Shown piece by piece: positions 1-11,222 of a stretch of 64,000 bases of DNA. This stretch comes from Felis catus (Eukaryota): positions 5,148,001 to 5,212,000 of the forward strand of contig NC_058369.1 in the NCBI RefSeq assembly GCF_018350175.1, read 5' to 3'. Within the stretch, counting starts at the first letter, position 1; every line of letters starts with the position of its first letter. A program made the position numbers and the translations under genes. The notes beneath the pieces were generated by a model. That model searched no databases. It worked only from the letters and a program-made list of their open reading frames with translations, and was not told the origin of the DNA.

Positions 1-44
1 CTGAAATTTTGACTCTCAAACACTTCTGTCTAGAGCCCTGATGC

Positions 45-390
45 TCCTGGTGCTGCTGGTCCAAGGACCAGCAGCATCAGCATCATTCAGGGGCTTGTGA
101 AAAGTACAGACTCTCGGGCTCCTTCCTAGACCTGCAGAATCAGCATCTTCTTTTTCCAGATCCAGGATGCAGGTGAGGCAGCTGCTCTTGGTCCAAGGAC
201 CACACCTGGAGTAGCCAGGTGTCAACATCGGTGCTTCTCACACTCTCACGTGCACCCAGATGGCCCAGGGGTCTTGCTAAAATGCAAGTTCTGGTTCATC
301 AGTTCTGGGGCAGGGGCCCGAGATGCTGCGTTTCCATCAAACTCCCAGGCAGTGTTGATGCTCCTGGCCCGGGAACTGCACTTGGAACAG
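45..390. mobile_element. MER5-like hAT-Charlie fossils (two pieces)
   Basis: ggaccagcagcatcagcatc...cctagacctgcagaatcag resembles the MER5A consensus from memory. Confidence 0.6.
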
Positions 391-434
391 GAGGAGTCTA
401 GGGTCTACAAGGTCCTTGACATGCTGAGCAGTTT

Positions 435-890
435 CTCAGGACTGCTGTAACAGGTTACTACAAACCAGGGGGCTCAAAACAACAGAAATCTATTGTCTCA
501 CCATTCTGAGGCCCAGAAGTCTGAATCAAGGTGTCCATGGAGCCATGCTTTCTCTGAAGGCTCTAAGGGAGAGTTTGTTCTGTGCCTCTTTCCCAGCTTC
601 TGGGGTGGCTGGCAATCCTTGGTATTGCTTAGCTTGAAGGTGGATCACTCCAGTGTCTGCCTCTGTTGCCACGTCGTGTTTTCCCTGAGCCTGTCTGTGC
701 CTCTCTTCTCCTCTTCTTGTAAGTACACCAATCCTATCAGATTACAGACCACCCAACTCCAAGAGGATGTCACACTCTCTTGGGTCTTAATTACATTTTC
801 AGAGACCCTATCTCCAAATAAGGTCACATTCTCAGGGACCAGGATGTAGGGCTTCAGCACATTTTTGGGGGTCATGTCAGCCCACAACAG
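435..890. mobile_element. MLT1 (MaLR) solo LTR
   Basis: gctgtaaca...aaaacaacagaaatctattgtctcac...ccaaataaggtcacattct, typical MLT1 motifs. Confidence 0.65.
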
Positions 891-971
891 TCCCCTTCAC
901 CCTTTCATGCTGGCTGTCCCTGGTGCCCGCCCCAGGGCTCTAACCCACACACTTCCTTCTGCGCTGCCCAG

Positions 972-1118
972 GTGTGAATGAATGTGAAGATACCACCGTG
1001 TGCCCAGCTTATGCAACTTGCACCAACACTTTGGACAGCTACTACTGCACTTGCAAAGGAGGCTTTCTGTCGAGCAACGGACTGACGCAGTTCCGGGGCC
1101 CAGAAGTAACATGCAAAG
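972..1118 (+). CDS. ADGRE1: EGF1 exon (147 nt, phase 1-1)
   Basis: cccag|GTGTG...GCAAAG|gtgag; VNECEDTTVCPAYATCTNTLDSYYCTCKGGFLSSNGLTQFRGPEVTCK, 6 Cys. Confidence 0.95.
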
Positions 1119-1929
1119 GTGAGCACCCCCTCCTTAAAACCCTCCGCCATTTTGCAGGATAGTCAGGTGGAAGCTGGCTGGGCAGTGGATGTAGGCACAT
1201 TTTCTGTGTCCCAAACGTTATTTTCCCCCTCTCTCCCGCCCTGCCCCTTTTTATCTTTCTTTTTCTATGACGACGAGGATTCCTGCTCACTAAAATTCCC
1301 AACCATTTGGAACGAGCATAAGGATGAAAATAAAAGTAAACATCGTGCCATTTGTCAATATCCAGAAATAACCACTGATTTCATTTTGGGAAATCTTTTG
1401 GTTGTCTCTCCATGAAGGAAACAAGAACTTTTAACATTCGCTGAGCACCAGGCCCCCAATTTTCACATTAAATTGAGTGTAGGCATCCTGATGATCTCCA
1501 CTGTACAGATGAGGACACTGAGGCTTGGAGTGCTGGGATGACCTGTTCACGGCTGTGTGGTTGGACTGGCCTCCAAACCAAGTCTTTCCAACTCTCACAG
1601 CAGTTTCTGAACCAAGTCAACTCTTTGCCACACTCTAGTCGTGCCGTGTTGGGGAAACGTATTTACCCTCTCTAGGCCTCAATGTTTCCATCTGCAGAAT
1701 GAGCCTATACGAGTACCGACCTCCAAAGATAGTTGGGAAAATTAAGTGCAATGAAGTATGTAGTGTGCTAGGCACATGGATGCTCCCCCCAGAGCTACTA
1801 CTTACTTAAGTAATGTAAATTGAAATAATCCCCAGAATGAGTGACATTCTTTGTCTGTATTTCTGTGTGTTTATATCCCAATTCTCCCCTTGACAGTCAA
1901 GATCTGATTGTACCTCTGCCTAAGACCAG

Positions 1930-2150
1930 GGATCATTGAACTTCTTAATGCAAAGGGCCAAATAGTAAATATTTTGGAGGTTGCAAGCTGTGTGATCTCT
2001 GTCATGACCACTCCATACTCCAGTTGTAGTGTGAAAGCAGCCAAAGATGATACACAAGTGAATGAATGTGTTTGTTGCAATAAAACTTTATTTATACCAA
2101 CACGTGGTGGGCTGGATTTGGCCCATGAGCTCCAGTTCACTGGGTGCTGA
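1930..2150. mobile_element. MER58-like DNA transposon fossil (related copies at ~59380-59580 and ~63690-63890)
   Basis: gggccaaatagtaaatattt...aataaaactttattt...gggctggatttggccc. Confidence 0.6.
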
Positions 2151-3331
2151 ATAAGGTTATTCATTTCTATTGTTATGGTATCCAGGGAGCCCTCAAATCC
2201 TTCTTTATCTTTGAGTTACAGCTCATGGGTCATTTGGCAAGCTACAGTAGTCCTGATAGACCCCGGTTTTTCATTTTGGGTTGAAATCCATATTCCACAT
2301 CTAGAGAATAGTGGATACTACAGCAAGGATTTCATCCCCTTTATGCCTTTGTCTCCGGTTTGGTGCCTAAGACATTGTGAGTATTCGACAGATATTTGTT
2401 GAATGAAGGAGCACATTACCTTATTCTTTATGTCAACTCCAGTTTTCATCATCAGTTATCAGTTGTTTCTAATGTTTCACTACCTCAAACAAAGGCGGGG
2501 TGAACACTCCTGTGACCTGATCTTGATGTCCAGGAGCTGCTCCAGATTTCTGTCTAGAAGTACAGTTTTCTGGGAGGAGCTGTAAGAGACGTGCGTTGAG
2601 GTTGTGTTTGCATGACAAGGACATAGCAAGTGTTTAGGCGACGTGACCAGGGCTGGAGGAGACTTGAGCTGGGCCTCCCCATGCCACCATGACAACTCAA
2701 TTTTATGGGTCCCTCAACTCCTTTGCAAGTAATTCTTCATTATCTACTCCTGGGGAGATACTTACTACATCAAACTTAGACATCAAAACTGAATGTGTCA
2801 AAATCAATGACAGTCATTTATTTTGTTCATAAATGTATCTGCCATTTGAGTTGAGTTCAGTGAGTATGGCTGGTCTGTGTTCCGTGCAGTCTCAGCTGAG
2901 TTGGCTTAAGTGGGGGCTAGAGGATCCACTTTAAAGGCAGCATACGCACAAGGCTGGCATCTGCTGCTGGCCGTGGGCTGGCTGCTCCACCAGGGCTGTG
3001 GGCTGGAGGTCTTGGTTCTTCTCCAGGTCAGCTGCTTTTTCATGGCTGGTTGGGCTTCCTCACATATGGCAGCTAAGCGCCAAGAATGAGCATCTCAAGA
3101 GAACAGGGAGGTGGTGCATGGTATCTTTATGACCTAGTAGCACTCCCAGAGTCCCAGCAGGCTCAGATTCTAGAGAAAGGAACGTAGGTACCACTGCTTG
3201 CTGGAAGGAGTACAAGTTCACATAGAATGAAGGCCATATGGCATGGAAGATGCTGTTTCCACCATCTCTGGAAATACAATCTTCTACACAAGATGAAGCA
3301 AATTAGTGACTCCAACTCTTTCTGTGTCCAG

Positions 3332-3487
3332 ATGTAGATGAATGTTCTCAAAGCCCCCAACCATGTGGTGCCAACTCAGTCTGCAAAAACTTGCAGGGGA
3401 GATACAAGTGCAGCTGCTTGCCTGGTTTCTCTTCTCCCACTGGAAATGACTGGACCTCGGGAAAACCGGGTCATTTCTCATGCACAG
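3332..3487 (+). CDS. ADGRE1: EGF2 exon, copy 1 (156 nt)
   Basis: tccag|ATGTA...GCACAG|gtaat; [52 protein letters not shown]. Confidence 0.95.
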
Positions 3488-3597
3488 GTAATGCTCTCAG
3501 GCATGGGTCTTGGGTGGACAGCGACCACTAGGGGGCAGTGTCTCTCACCTGAGCCACACAGTCTTTGGTCTGCTCACTCTCCTCCACTGCTCCTCAG

Positions 3598-3717
3598 ACA
3601 TCGATGAATGCCTCTCCGATGGGGTCTGCCCAGAGCATGCTGAGTGTATCAACTCCTTGGGAAGCTACAGTTGCAGCTGCCAGGTTGGATTCATCTCTCA
3701 CAACTCGATCTGTGAAG
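3598..3717 (+). CDS. ADGRE1: EGF3 exon, copy 1 (120 nt)
   Basis: ctcag|ACATC...TGAAG|gtata; DIDECLSDGVCPEHAECINSLGSYSCSCQVGFISHNSICE. Confidence 0.95.
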
Positions 3718-3959
3718 GTATAGAGGACCTGCTTTTCTTTATGTAGCTACTCAATTAATTAACAACCACCTCACTTGATGATCCTGTGAGGTTAGAGACT
3801 ATATTCTTCATTTTGGGGGTGAGAAAATTTAGGCTCAGGCCATTGAAGTAACTTCCCCCCAAATACACAGCTATTAAGTAGAAGAGCCAGGATTGGAACT
3901 CCACTCAAGGGTCTACACTGCGTGCAGCAGTGGGTCAGACAATAGTTGAGAGCAATGGC

Positions 3960-4182
3960 AGGGTGGGGGGTGCTGTGTCCCATGAGCAATAACTTTCAAG
4001 GGGGATCCTGGAAATGCCTGGAAACATTTTTGATGGTCACAACTGGTGGTGGCGATGGGCTCCTCTTGTCTAGTGAGGAGAGGCCACAGATGCTGCTAAA
4101 CACCTTACAATGCACAGAACAGCTTCCCTACATCCAAAAATACTCTGGCCCCAGATGTCTTTAGTTCTGAGACAGAGAAACT
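3960..4182. mobile_element. MER20-like fossil (also in units 2 and 3)
   Basis: ggaaacatttttgatggtcacaactgg...gatgctgctaaacaccttacaatgcacag. Confidence 0.6.
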
Positions 4183-4744
4183 GCGTGATAGGGTGAGCTC
4201 AGACTCAAACTTAGAACTATTTCCTATAATGTATTTGGTTCAAGACCTCAGGGTTACCCTCAACCCCTACCCCATGCCAAACATACTAAATCAGTCACCA
4301 TAGCTTGGGTAATTTACCTGCTAAATATGTCTTGAATCTCTCCATTCTTCCTCATGCTTGGTTCGGGCTTCATCATTAGTTTAGCAGCGTCCTCACTGGG
4401 CTTGTCCTTCCTCCCTTCTTGTCCCCTCGAATCCATCCTTCCAAACTGCAGCCAGAATTTGCTCACAAGAAGCAAAGGCTCCATCTCCCTGCATCTGGTT
4501 GAGAACTATTGTTCTCCATGCTCGTTTGTAGGGAAGGTGACTCCATCAAGCAAGGCATGGAGTGATCCAGCCCTTATCACATCCCCTGGGTTTGGAGTCG
4601 GAGATATTTGAGGTCCTCTCTGATTTTTCTGATACATTTGTAGCAGTCGCTATTGCTGAAAAACAGATCACCCTGAAAGTCAGTGGCTAGAGACAAGCAC
4701 CATATATGTGGTTTGTGTTCTGTGCATTGGAAATTTAGGTTGGG

Positions 4745-4965
4745 GGCACCTGGTTGGCTCAGTCGGTTAAGCGTCCGACTTCAGCTCAGGTCATGATCTC
4801 ACGGTCCGTGAGTTCGAGCCCCGCGTTGGGCTCTGTGCTGACAGCTCAGAGCCTGGAGCCCATTTCAAATTCTGTGTCTCCCTCTCTCTCTGCCCCTCCC
4901 CTGTTCATACTCTGTCTCTCTTTGTCTCAAAAATAAATAAACGTTAAAAAAATTTTAAAAAAAAC
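4745..4965 (+). mobile_element. SINEC_Fc-type SINE, unit 1 only
   Basis: ggggcacctggttggctcagtcggttaagc, CT tract, A tail; 15-bp TSD gaaatttaggttggg at 4730 and 4966; empty sites at ~24928 and ~45050. Confidence 0.93.
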
Positions 4966-5605
4966 GAAATTTAGGTTGGGCTCTGCCGGTCACTTGCTTG
5001 CGTCTGTACTGGGCTTGTTCGTATGTCTGTGGTCAGCTGTGAGTCAGCTTGCTTATCTCTGCTGGGCTGCCTCACGTGTCGGGGGCTCCTGTGGGATGAT
5101 CCATCTCTCTTCCACCTTGTCTCTCATTCTTCATTAGGTGAGTCTAGGGCTTGTTCATGTGGCAGAAGCAATGGGCTTAAAGAATGAGCAGAAGCAAGTA
5201 AGTCTCTAGAAATCTAAGACTTGGAACTGGCACGACATCATTTCTGCTGTGTTCTTTTGGCCAGTGAAAGTCACAGGCCAGATTCAAGCTGGATTCGAGG
5301 TGTGGGGAAACAAGCTCCCATTACAGAGGAGGAGTGGCAAAGTCAAACTGCACCGCACCATCTGCATCCCATGGTGTGGGTGCAGGGAGGAGTAAAGGAG
5401 CACAGCCATTCTATGTTCATCTGTCTTGGAGCTATTCACCGCCCTCCACTTATATATTTTGGGTCAGAATTTATTCTCGTGGCCAAGTCTAAGTGGAAGG
5501 GAGATGAGGAGTAAGGGGAGAACATGCACAGTGAATCTCTGTTTGCAGTCTCGTATTCTCATTTCTTCATCTGCTTTGTCTTGGGTTTTCATTTCCACTG
5601 ACCAG

Positions 5606-5752
5606 ACGTGGATGAATGTGCCGACCCCGCAACTTGCCCGGAGCACGCAACTTGTCACAACAGTCCTGGAAGCTACTCTTGTGTCTGCAACCTAGGATTT
5701 GAATCCAGCAGTGGAAACATGAGCTTGCAGGGCCCAGGAGACACATGTGAAG
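5606..5752 (+). CDS. ADGRE1: EGF4 exon, copy 1 (147 nt)
   Basis: accag|ACGTG...TGAAG|gtcgg; DVDECADPATCPEHATCHNSPGSYSCVCNLGFESSSGNMSLQGPGDTCE. Confidence 0.95.
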
Positions 5753-7149
5753 GTCGGTGGGAAGGGTTTGTTGGGGAACCAGGTCCAAGTCTGCATGCAA
5801 AGACAGCATTGGTGGGTGATGGGTCAGGATGAGTGGGGGCTGAGCTGAAGGACCTCATCTGCTGAGCTGATTCCAAAAATTGCTCATCCATTCACTCATG
5901 CACTCATTCAAAAAATACTTCCTGAGCACCTACTATATGCCAGGCACTCTTCTAGAGCTGGTGGATACAGCACCAAATCACATAGGCAAAACGATTTGTT
6001 CTCCTAGAACTCATCATCTAGGGTTAAGGGAGATAGGTAGCAAAGTAAACGCATGGCCATATGTGTGCCAGGAGTATCTGAAAGAAATAAAGATAAATAA
6101 GGCAGGAAAGGTGCATAGGCACCACTGGGAGTAGGGGGTCAACTTTAGTAGAGTGAGTGGTAAGGAAAGGCCACACTGAAAAGTTGATACTTGAGAAAAG
6201 ATGTGAAGGATATGAGGGAGTGAGATATTGGGTATCTGGGGAAGGGTGTTCCAGGAGGAGGGAACCGCAGATACAAAGGGCTGGAGGCAGGATCCCAGCC
6301 AAGGTGCTAGCTCTTCCGGACATGTACTCATTGTCTGCCCAACAACCTGATGGTATTAGTGGTGTTTTATGCCCATTTCATAGATGAGGAACCTGAGCCT
6401 CCATCGTGGTGAAAAACTCTTCCATGGTCAAATAGCTAGGAAGTAGGGGAGTCAGGATCTGAACTGGCCATCATTGACTTGAGTCCAAATTTCCAGACTC
6501 TGACTCAAGGCCACCTGGGAAACTGTCATCTAAGAAGTCCAGAACCAGACTGAACCTGATTTTAAATCCTGGTGTGCCTTTCATAGGCTGTGTGACTCTG
6601 CACAATTGTGATGCCTCAGTTTCCTCATCAGAAAAATGGAAGCAATGTTAGTGTGCACTTCACAGGGCTGCCGTGAGCATTCCTCGAGCAGGTGCATGTA
6701 AGGGATATTCCTCAGTGTCTGTCACAAAAATCTCAACATATTAGCAGTTGTTTATTTTAGCTAACAAGTACTTACCTCATACTTGTTATTCTCCAGATTC
6801 TGCTCTGAGTCCTTCCCAGATGACACCTTATTCAATGCTCAAACAACCCTACGGGGGAAGTAGTATTATTATCCCTGTCTGACAGATGAGGGCACTGAGA
6901 CACACAGAGGTGAACTATCTTGCCCAGTGCATTGTCAGCTCAGGGCCACCAGAACAAAACACTGCAGACAGGGTGGTTTCAACATTGAGATCTATTTTCC
7001 CTCCATTGTGGAGGCTGGAAGTCTGAGACCACAGCTGGGTTCTGGAGAGGGCTGTCCTCCTTGCTTCCAGATGACTGCCTTCATTCTGGGTCCCCTGGGA
7101 CAGTGAGCTCTGGTGTCTCTTTCTTTGTTTTAAGGGTACCAGGCCCATT

Positions 7150-7171
7150 TATATATGTTTATTTATTTATT

Positions 7172-7210
<39 letters not shown>

Positions 7211-7430
7211 CAGAGAGAGACAGAGAGAGAGAGAGAGGGAGTCCATGCAGAAGATGTAGAGACATAGGGAGAGAAGGAGAAAGAGAGTGGGAGAGAGAGA
7301 ACCCCAAGCAGGCTCCGCACTGCGTATACAGAGCCGGATGCAGGGCTCGAACTCACCAGCTGTGAGATCATGACCTGAACAGAAACCAAGAGTTGTATGC
7401 TCAATTGACTGAGCCACCCAGATGCTCCAG
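7150..7430 (-). mobile_element. Older SINEC with (GA)n, in all three units (also ~27115-27430, ~47236-47500)
   Basis: Antisense tRNA-derived SINE body; TSD actaatcccatct clearest in unit 3. Confidence 0.85.
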
Positions 7431-7679
7431 GCCACGAATCCCATCTTAACACCTCATCAACCTAACCATCTTATGAACGCCTTTTATCCAGATACCGTCT
7501 CACCATGTGGGGGATGTAATGTATCAATCTGGGGGCACATATTTCAGTCCACAGCACCCAGTAACACACAGTCTACAGGGACAGAGCCAAGCTTTGAGTC
7601 CAGGCTGTCCATGCTTTGCACCCCTCCACTTGGATGCCTCTCAGTCATTATTATTATTACTGATAACATAGTATTTCTT

Positions 7680-7891
7680 TTTTTTTTTCAACGTTTATTT
7701 ATTTTTGGAGCAGAGAGAGACAGAGCATGAACGGGGGAGGGGCAGAGAAAGAGGGAGACACAGAATCGGAAACAGGCTCCAGGCCCCGAGCCATCAGCCC
7801 AGAGCCTGACGCGGGGCTCGAACTCACGGACCGCGAGATCGTGACCTGGCTGAAGTCAGACGCTTAACCGACTGCGCCACCCAGGCGCCCC
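7680..7891 (-). mobile_element. Young SINEC_Fc, units 1 and 2 (27677-27888), absent in unit 3
   Basis: 15-bp TSD aacatagtatttctt; empty site at 47728-47742. Confidence 0.93.
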
Positions 7892-8307
7892 AACATAGTA
7901 TTTCTTAGGGGGAGGAATTGAGATTTATCAAGGAACGGGGGCCAGGGAGTTCAAGGCTGAGGGAGCAAACAGTGAGTCTTCCTGGACCTATAGGTAATCA
8001 GTGAATCTGGATCAGGACTTACTAAGGGATTAGCAAGGAAAGATGAGGTAGGTGAGCTTAGGTGGGTCCAAACTCTCAGAGTCTCATGTGTTCTAAAGAG
8101 GAGTTTGGATTTTATCCCGAAGTGTGGAGAGCCTCATCAAAAGATTTGTGTGGGTCACATCCTGGCTCTTTGCACTTCCTTTCAGCAGTGTTTAAGAGGG
8201 TGCGAGCAGAGCTAGGGAGACCCGCTGGCTTCAGTCAGGATGGGGCTGTGCACTGCCATGGCCTCAGCATCCTTTATCCTTTTGACTCAGCCTAGTTTTC
8301 TGCTTAG

Positions 8308-8457
8308 ATGTGGACGAATGTGCCAGGAACTCAACTCTTTGTGGCCTCAGCTCAGTGTGTACCAACACCCCGGGGGAATACCACTGCTCCTGCCTGCCTG
8401 GGTTCTTTTCACCTGTTGATTGGACCCCTGAGAAACCAGAGGATTTCAGATGTACAG
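8308..8457 (+). CDS. ADGRE1: EGF5 exon, copy 1 (150 nt; resembles mouse F4/80 EGF5, which human EMR1 lacks)
   Basis: cttag|ATGTG...GTACAG|gtaat; DVDECARNSTLCGLSSVCTNTPGEYHCSCLPGFFSPVDWTPEKPEDFRCT, 6 Cys. Confidence 0.9.
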
Positions 8458-8702
8458 GTAATGCTCCCAGCCATGCTGAGGACTTTTAATGGATGTCAAC
8501 GTACCCTGAAGAGAGTGGCTTACAAACAACCCTTTCTGCTTACTCATGATCCTGTGGGTTGACTGCATGGTTTTTGAAGGTGGGGGTGGGCACTAAGGCG
8601 GCACGAGGTCTAAATGGCCTCACTTATATGGCTTGTAGTTGATGCTTGGCTCTGGGTGGGAGCTCAGATAGGCCCTTCAGTTTTCCTCATGGACCTGTCC
8701 AC

Positions 8703-8799
8703 ACCAAAATTTTGGATGGTTACTACTGCACTTGCAATCGAGGCTTTCTGGCCAACAATGGACCGATGCAGTTCAGGAACCCAGGAGTGACATGAAAAG
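8703..8799 (+). pseudogene. 5'-truncated EGF1 pseudo-exon, spacer 1
   Basis: TKILDGYYCTCNRGFLANNGPMQFRNPGVT*K; 19 differences in 97 nt versus 1022-1118 (manual count); last Cys TGC>TGA, donor GT>TT, acceptor half missing. Confidence 0.9.
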
Positions 8800-9039
8800 T
8801 TGAGTACGCACCCCCTCAAAACCCTCCGCCATTTTGTAGGATAATCAGGTGGAAGCTGGCTGGGCAGTGGATGTAGGTACTTTTTTTTGTCCCAAACGCT
8901 ATTTTCTCTCCCTCTCCTTCCCTGCCCTCTTTTCATTCTTTTTCCATAGTGACAATGATTCCTGTTCACTCAAAATTCTAACTATTTGGAGCTGACATTA
9001 AGATGAAAATAGAAGTGAAAATCAATATCCAGAGATAAA

Positions 9040-9873
9040 CCACTGATTTCATTTTGGGAAATCTTTTGGTTGTCTCTCCATGAAGGAAACAAGAACTTTT
9101 AACATTCGCTGAGCACCAGGCCCCCAATGAAGGGATTTATGTGCATTTTTACATTAAATTGAGTGTAGGCATCCTGATGATCTCCACTGTACAGATGAGG
9201 ACACTGAGGCTTGGAGTGCTGGGATGACCTGTTCACAGCTGTGTGGTTGGACTGGCCTCCAAACCCAGTCTTTCCAACTCTCACAGCAGTTTCTGAACCA
9301 AGTCAACTCTTTGCCACACTCTAGTCGTGCGGTGTTGGGGAAACATATTTACCCTCTCTAGGCCTCAATGTTTCCATCTGCAGAATGAGCCTATACGAGT
9401 ACCGACCTCCAAAGATAATTGAGAAAATTAAGTGCAATGAAGTACGTAGTGTGCTAGGCACATGGATGCTCCCCCCAGAGCTACTACTTACTTAAGTAAT
9501 GTAAATTGAAATAATCCCCAGAATGAGTGACATTCTTTGTCTGTATTTCTGTGTGTTTATATCCCAATTCTCCCCTTGACAGTCAAGATCTGATTGTACC
9601 TCTGCCTAAGACCAGGGATCATTGAACTTCTTAATGCAAAGGGCCAAATAGTAAATATTTTGGAGGTTGCAAGCTGTGTGATCTCTGTCATGACCACTCA
9701 GTACTCCAGTTGTAGTGCGAAAGCAGCCAAAGATGATACACAAATGATTGGATTTGTTCCAATAAAACTTTATTTATACCAACACGTGGTGGGCTGGATT
9801 TGGCCCATGAGCTCTAGTTCACTGTGTTCTGAATAAGGTTATTCATTTCTATTGTCATGGCATCCAGGGAGCC
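9040..9873 (+). repeat. Near-identical direct copy of EGF1-EGF2 intron segment ~1372-2191 (again at ~29037-29874)
   Basis: Direct alignment by eye; ORF MYLCLRPGIIELL recurs at 1908, 9594, 29591. Confidence 0.92.
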
Positions 9874-11222
9874 ACTAATTTGCTTCATCTTGTGTAGCAG
9901 ATTGTATTTCCAGAGATGGTGGAAACAACGTCTTCCATGCTATATACCCTTCATTTTATGAATTTGTACTCCTTCCAGCAAGCAGTGGTACCTATGTTCC
10001 CTTCTCTAGAATCTGAGCCTGCTGGGACTCTGGGAGTGGTACTAGGTCATAAAGATACCATGCACCCCCTCCCTGTTCTCTTGAGATGCTCATTCTTGGC
10101 GCTTAGCTGCCATATGTGAGGAAGCCCAACCAGCCATGAAAAAGAAGCTGACCTGGAGAAGAACCAAGACCTCCAGCCCACAGCCCTGGTGGAGCAGCCA
10201 GCCCACGGCCAGCAGCAGATGCCAGCCTTGTGCGTATGCTGCCTTTAAAGTGGATCCTCTAGCCCCCACTTAAGCCAACTCAGCTGAGACTGCACGGAAC
10301 ACAGACCAGCCATACTCACTGAACTCAACTCAAATGGCAGCTACATTTATGAACAAAATAAATGACTGTCATTGATTTTGACACATTCACTTTTGATGTC
10401 TAAGTTTGATGTAGTGAAGTATCTCCCCAGGACTAGATAATGAAGAATTACTTGCAAAGGAGTTGAGGGACCCATAAAATTGAGTTGTCGTAGTAGCATG
10501 GGGAGGCCCAGCTCAAGTCTCCTCCAGCCCTGGTCACGTCGCCTAAACACTTGCTATGTCTTTGTCATGCAAACACAACCTCAACGCACGTCTCTTACAG
10601 CTCCTCCCAGAAAACTGTACTTCTAGACAGAAATCTGGAGCTGCTCCTGGACATCAAGATCAGGTCACAGGAATGTTCACCCCACGTTTGTTTGAGGGAG
10701 TAAAACATTAGAAACAACTGATAACTGGTGATGAAAACTGTAGTTGACATAAAGAATAAAGTAATGTGCTCCTTCATTCAACAAATATCTATCGAATACT
10801 CACAATGTCTTAGGCACCAAACCGGAGACAAAGGCATAAAGGGGATGAAATCCTTGCTGTAGTATCCACTATTCTCTAGATGGGGAATGTTGATTTCAAC
10901 CCAAAATGAAAAACCGGGGTCTATCAGGACTACTGTAGCTTGCCAAATGACCCATGAGCTGTAACTCAAAGATAAAGAAGGATTTGAGGGCTCCCTGGAT
11001 ACCATAACAATAGAAATGAATAACCTTATTCAGCACCCAGTGAACTGGAGCTCATTGGCCAAATCCAGCCCACCACGTGTTGGTATAAATAAAGTTTTAT
11101 TGGAACAAACACATTCATTCATTTGTGTATCATCTTTGGCTGCGTTCGCACTACAACTGGAGTATGGAGTGGTCATGACAGAGATCACACAGCTTGCAAC
11201 CTCCAAAATATTTACTATTTGG
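9874..11222 (-). repeat. Inverted copy of 1958-3307
   Basis: ORFs MVSREPSNPS and MKEHITLFFM on + at 2175/2403 recur on - at 11005/10777; ends actaatttgcttcatc and tttactatttgg are reverse complements of 3292-3307 and 1958-1969. Confidence 0.95.

Noticed and set aside
2175..2585. Recurrent short ORFs (MVSREPS, MKEHITL) as a small gene family
   Set aside because: They recur only because the intron segment was copied in inverted form; no coding hallmarks.
4745..4830. tRNA genes
   Set aside because: The tRNA-like heads belong to SINEC elements with CT tracts, A tails and TSDs.
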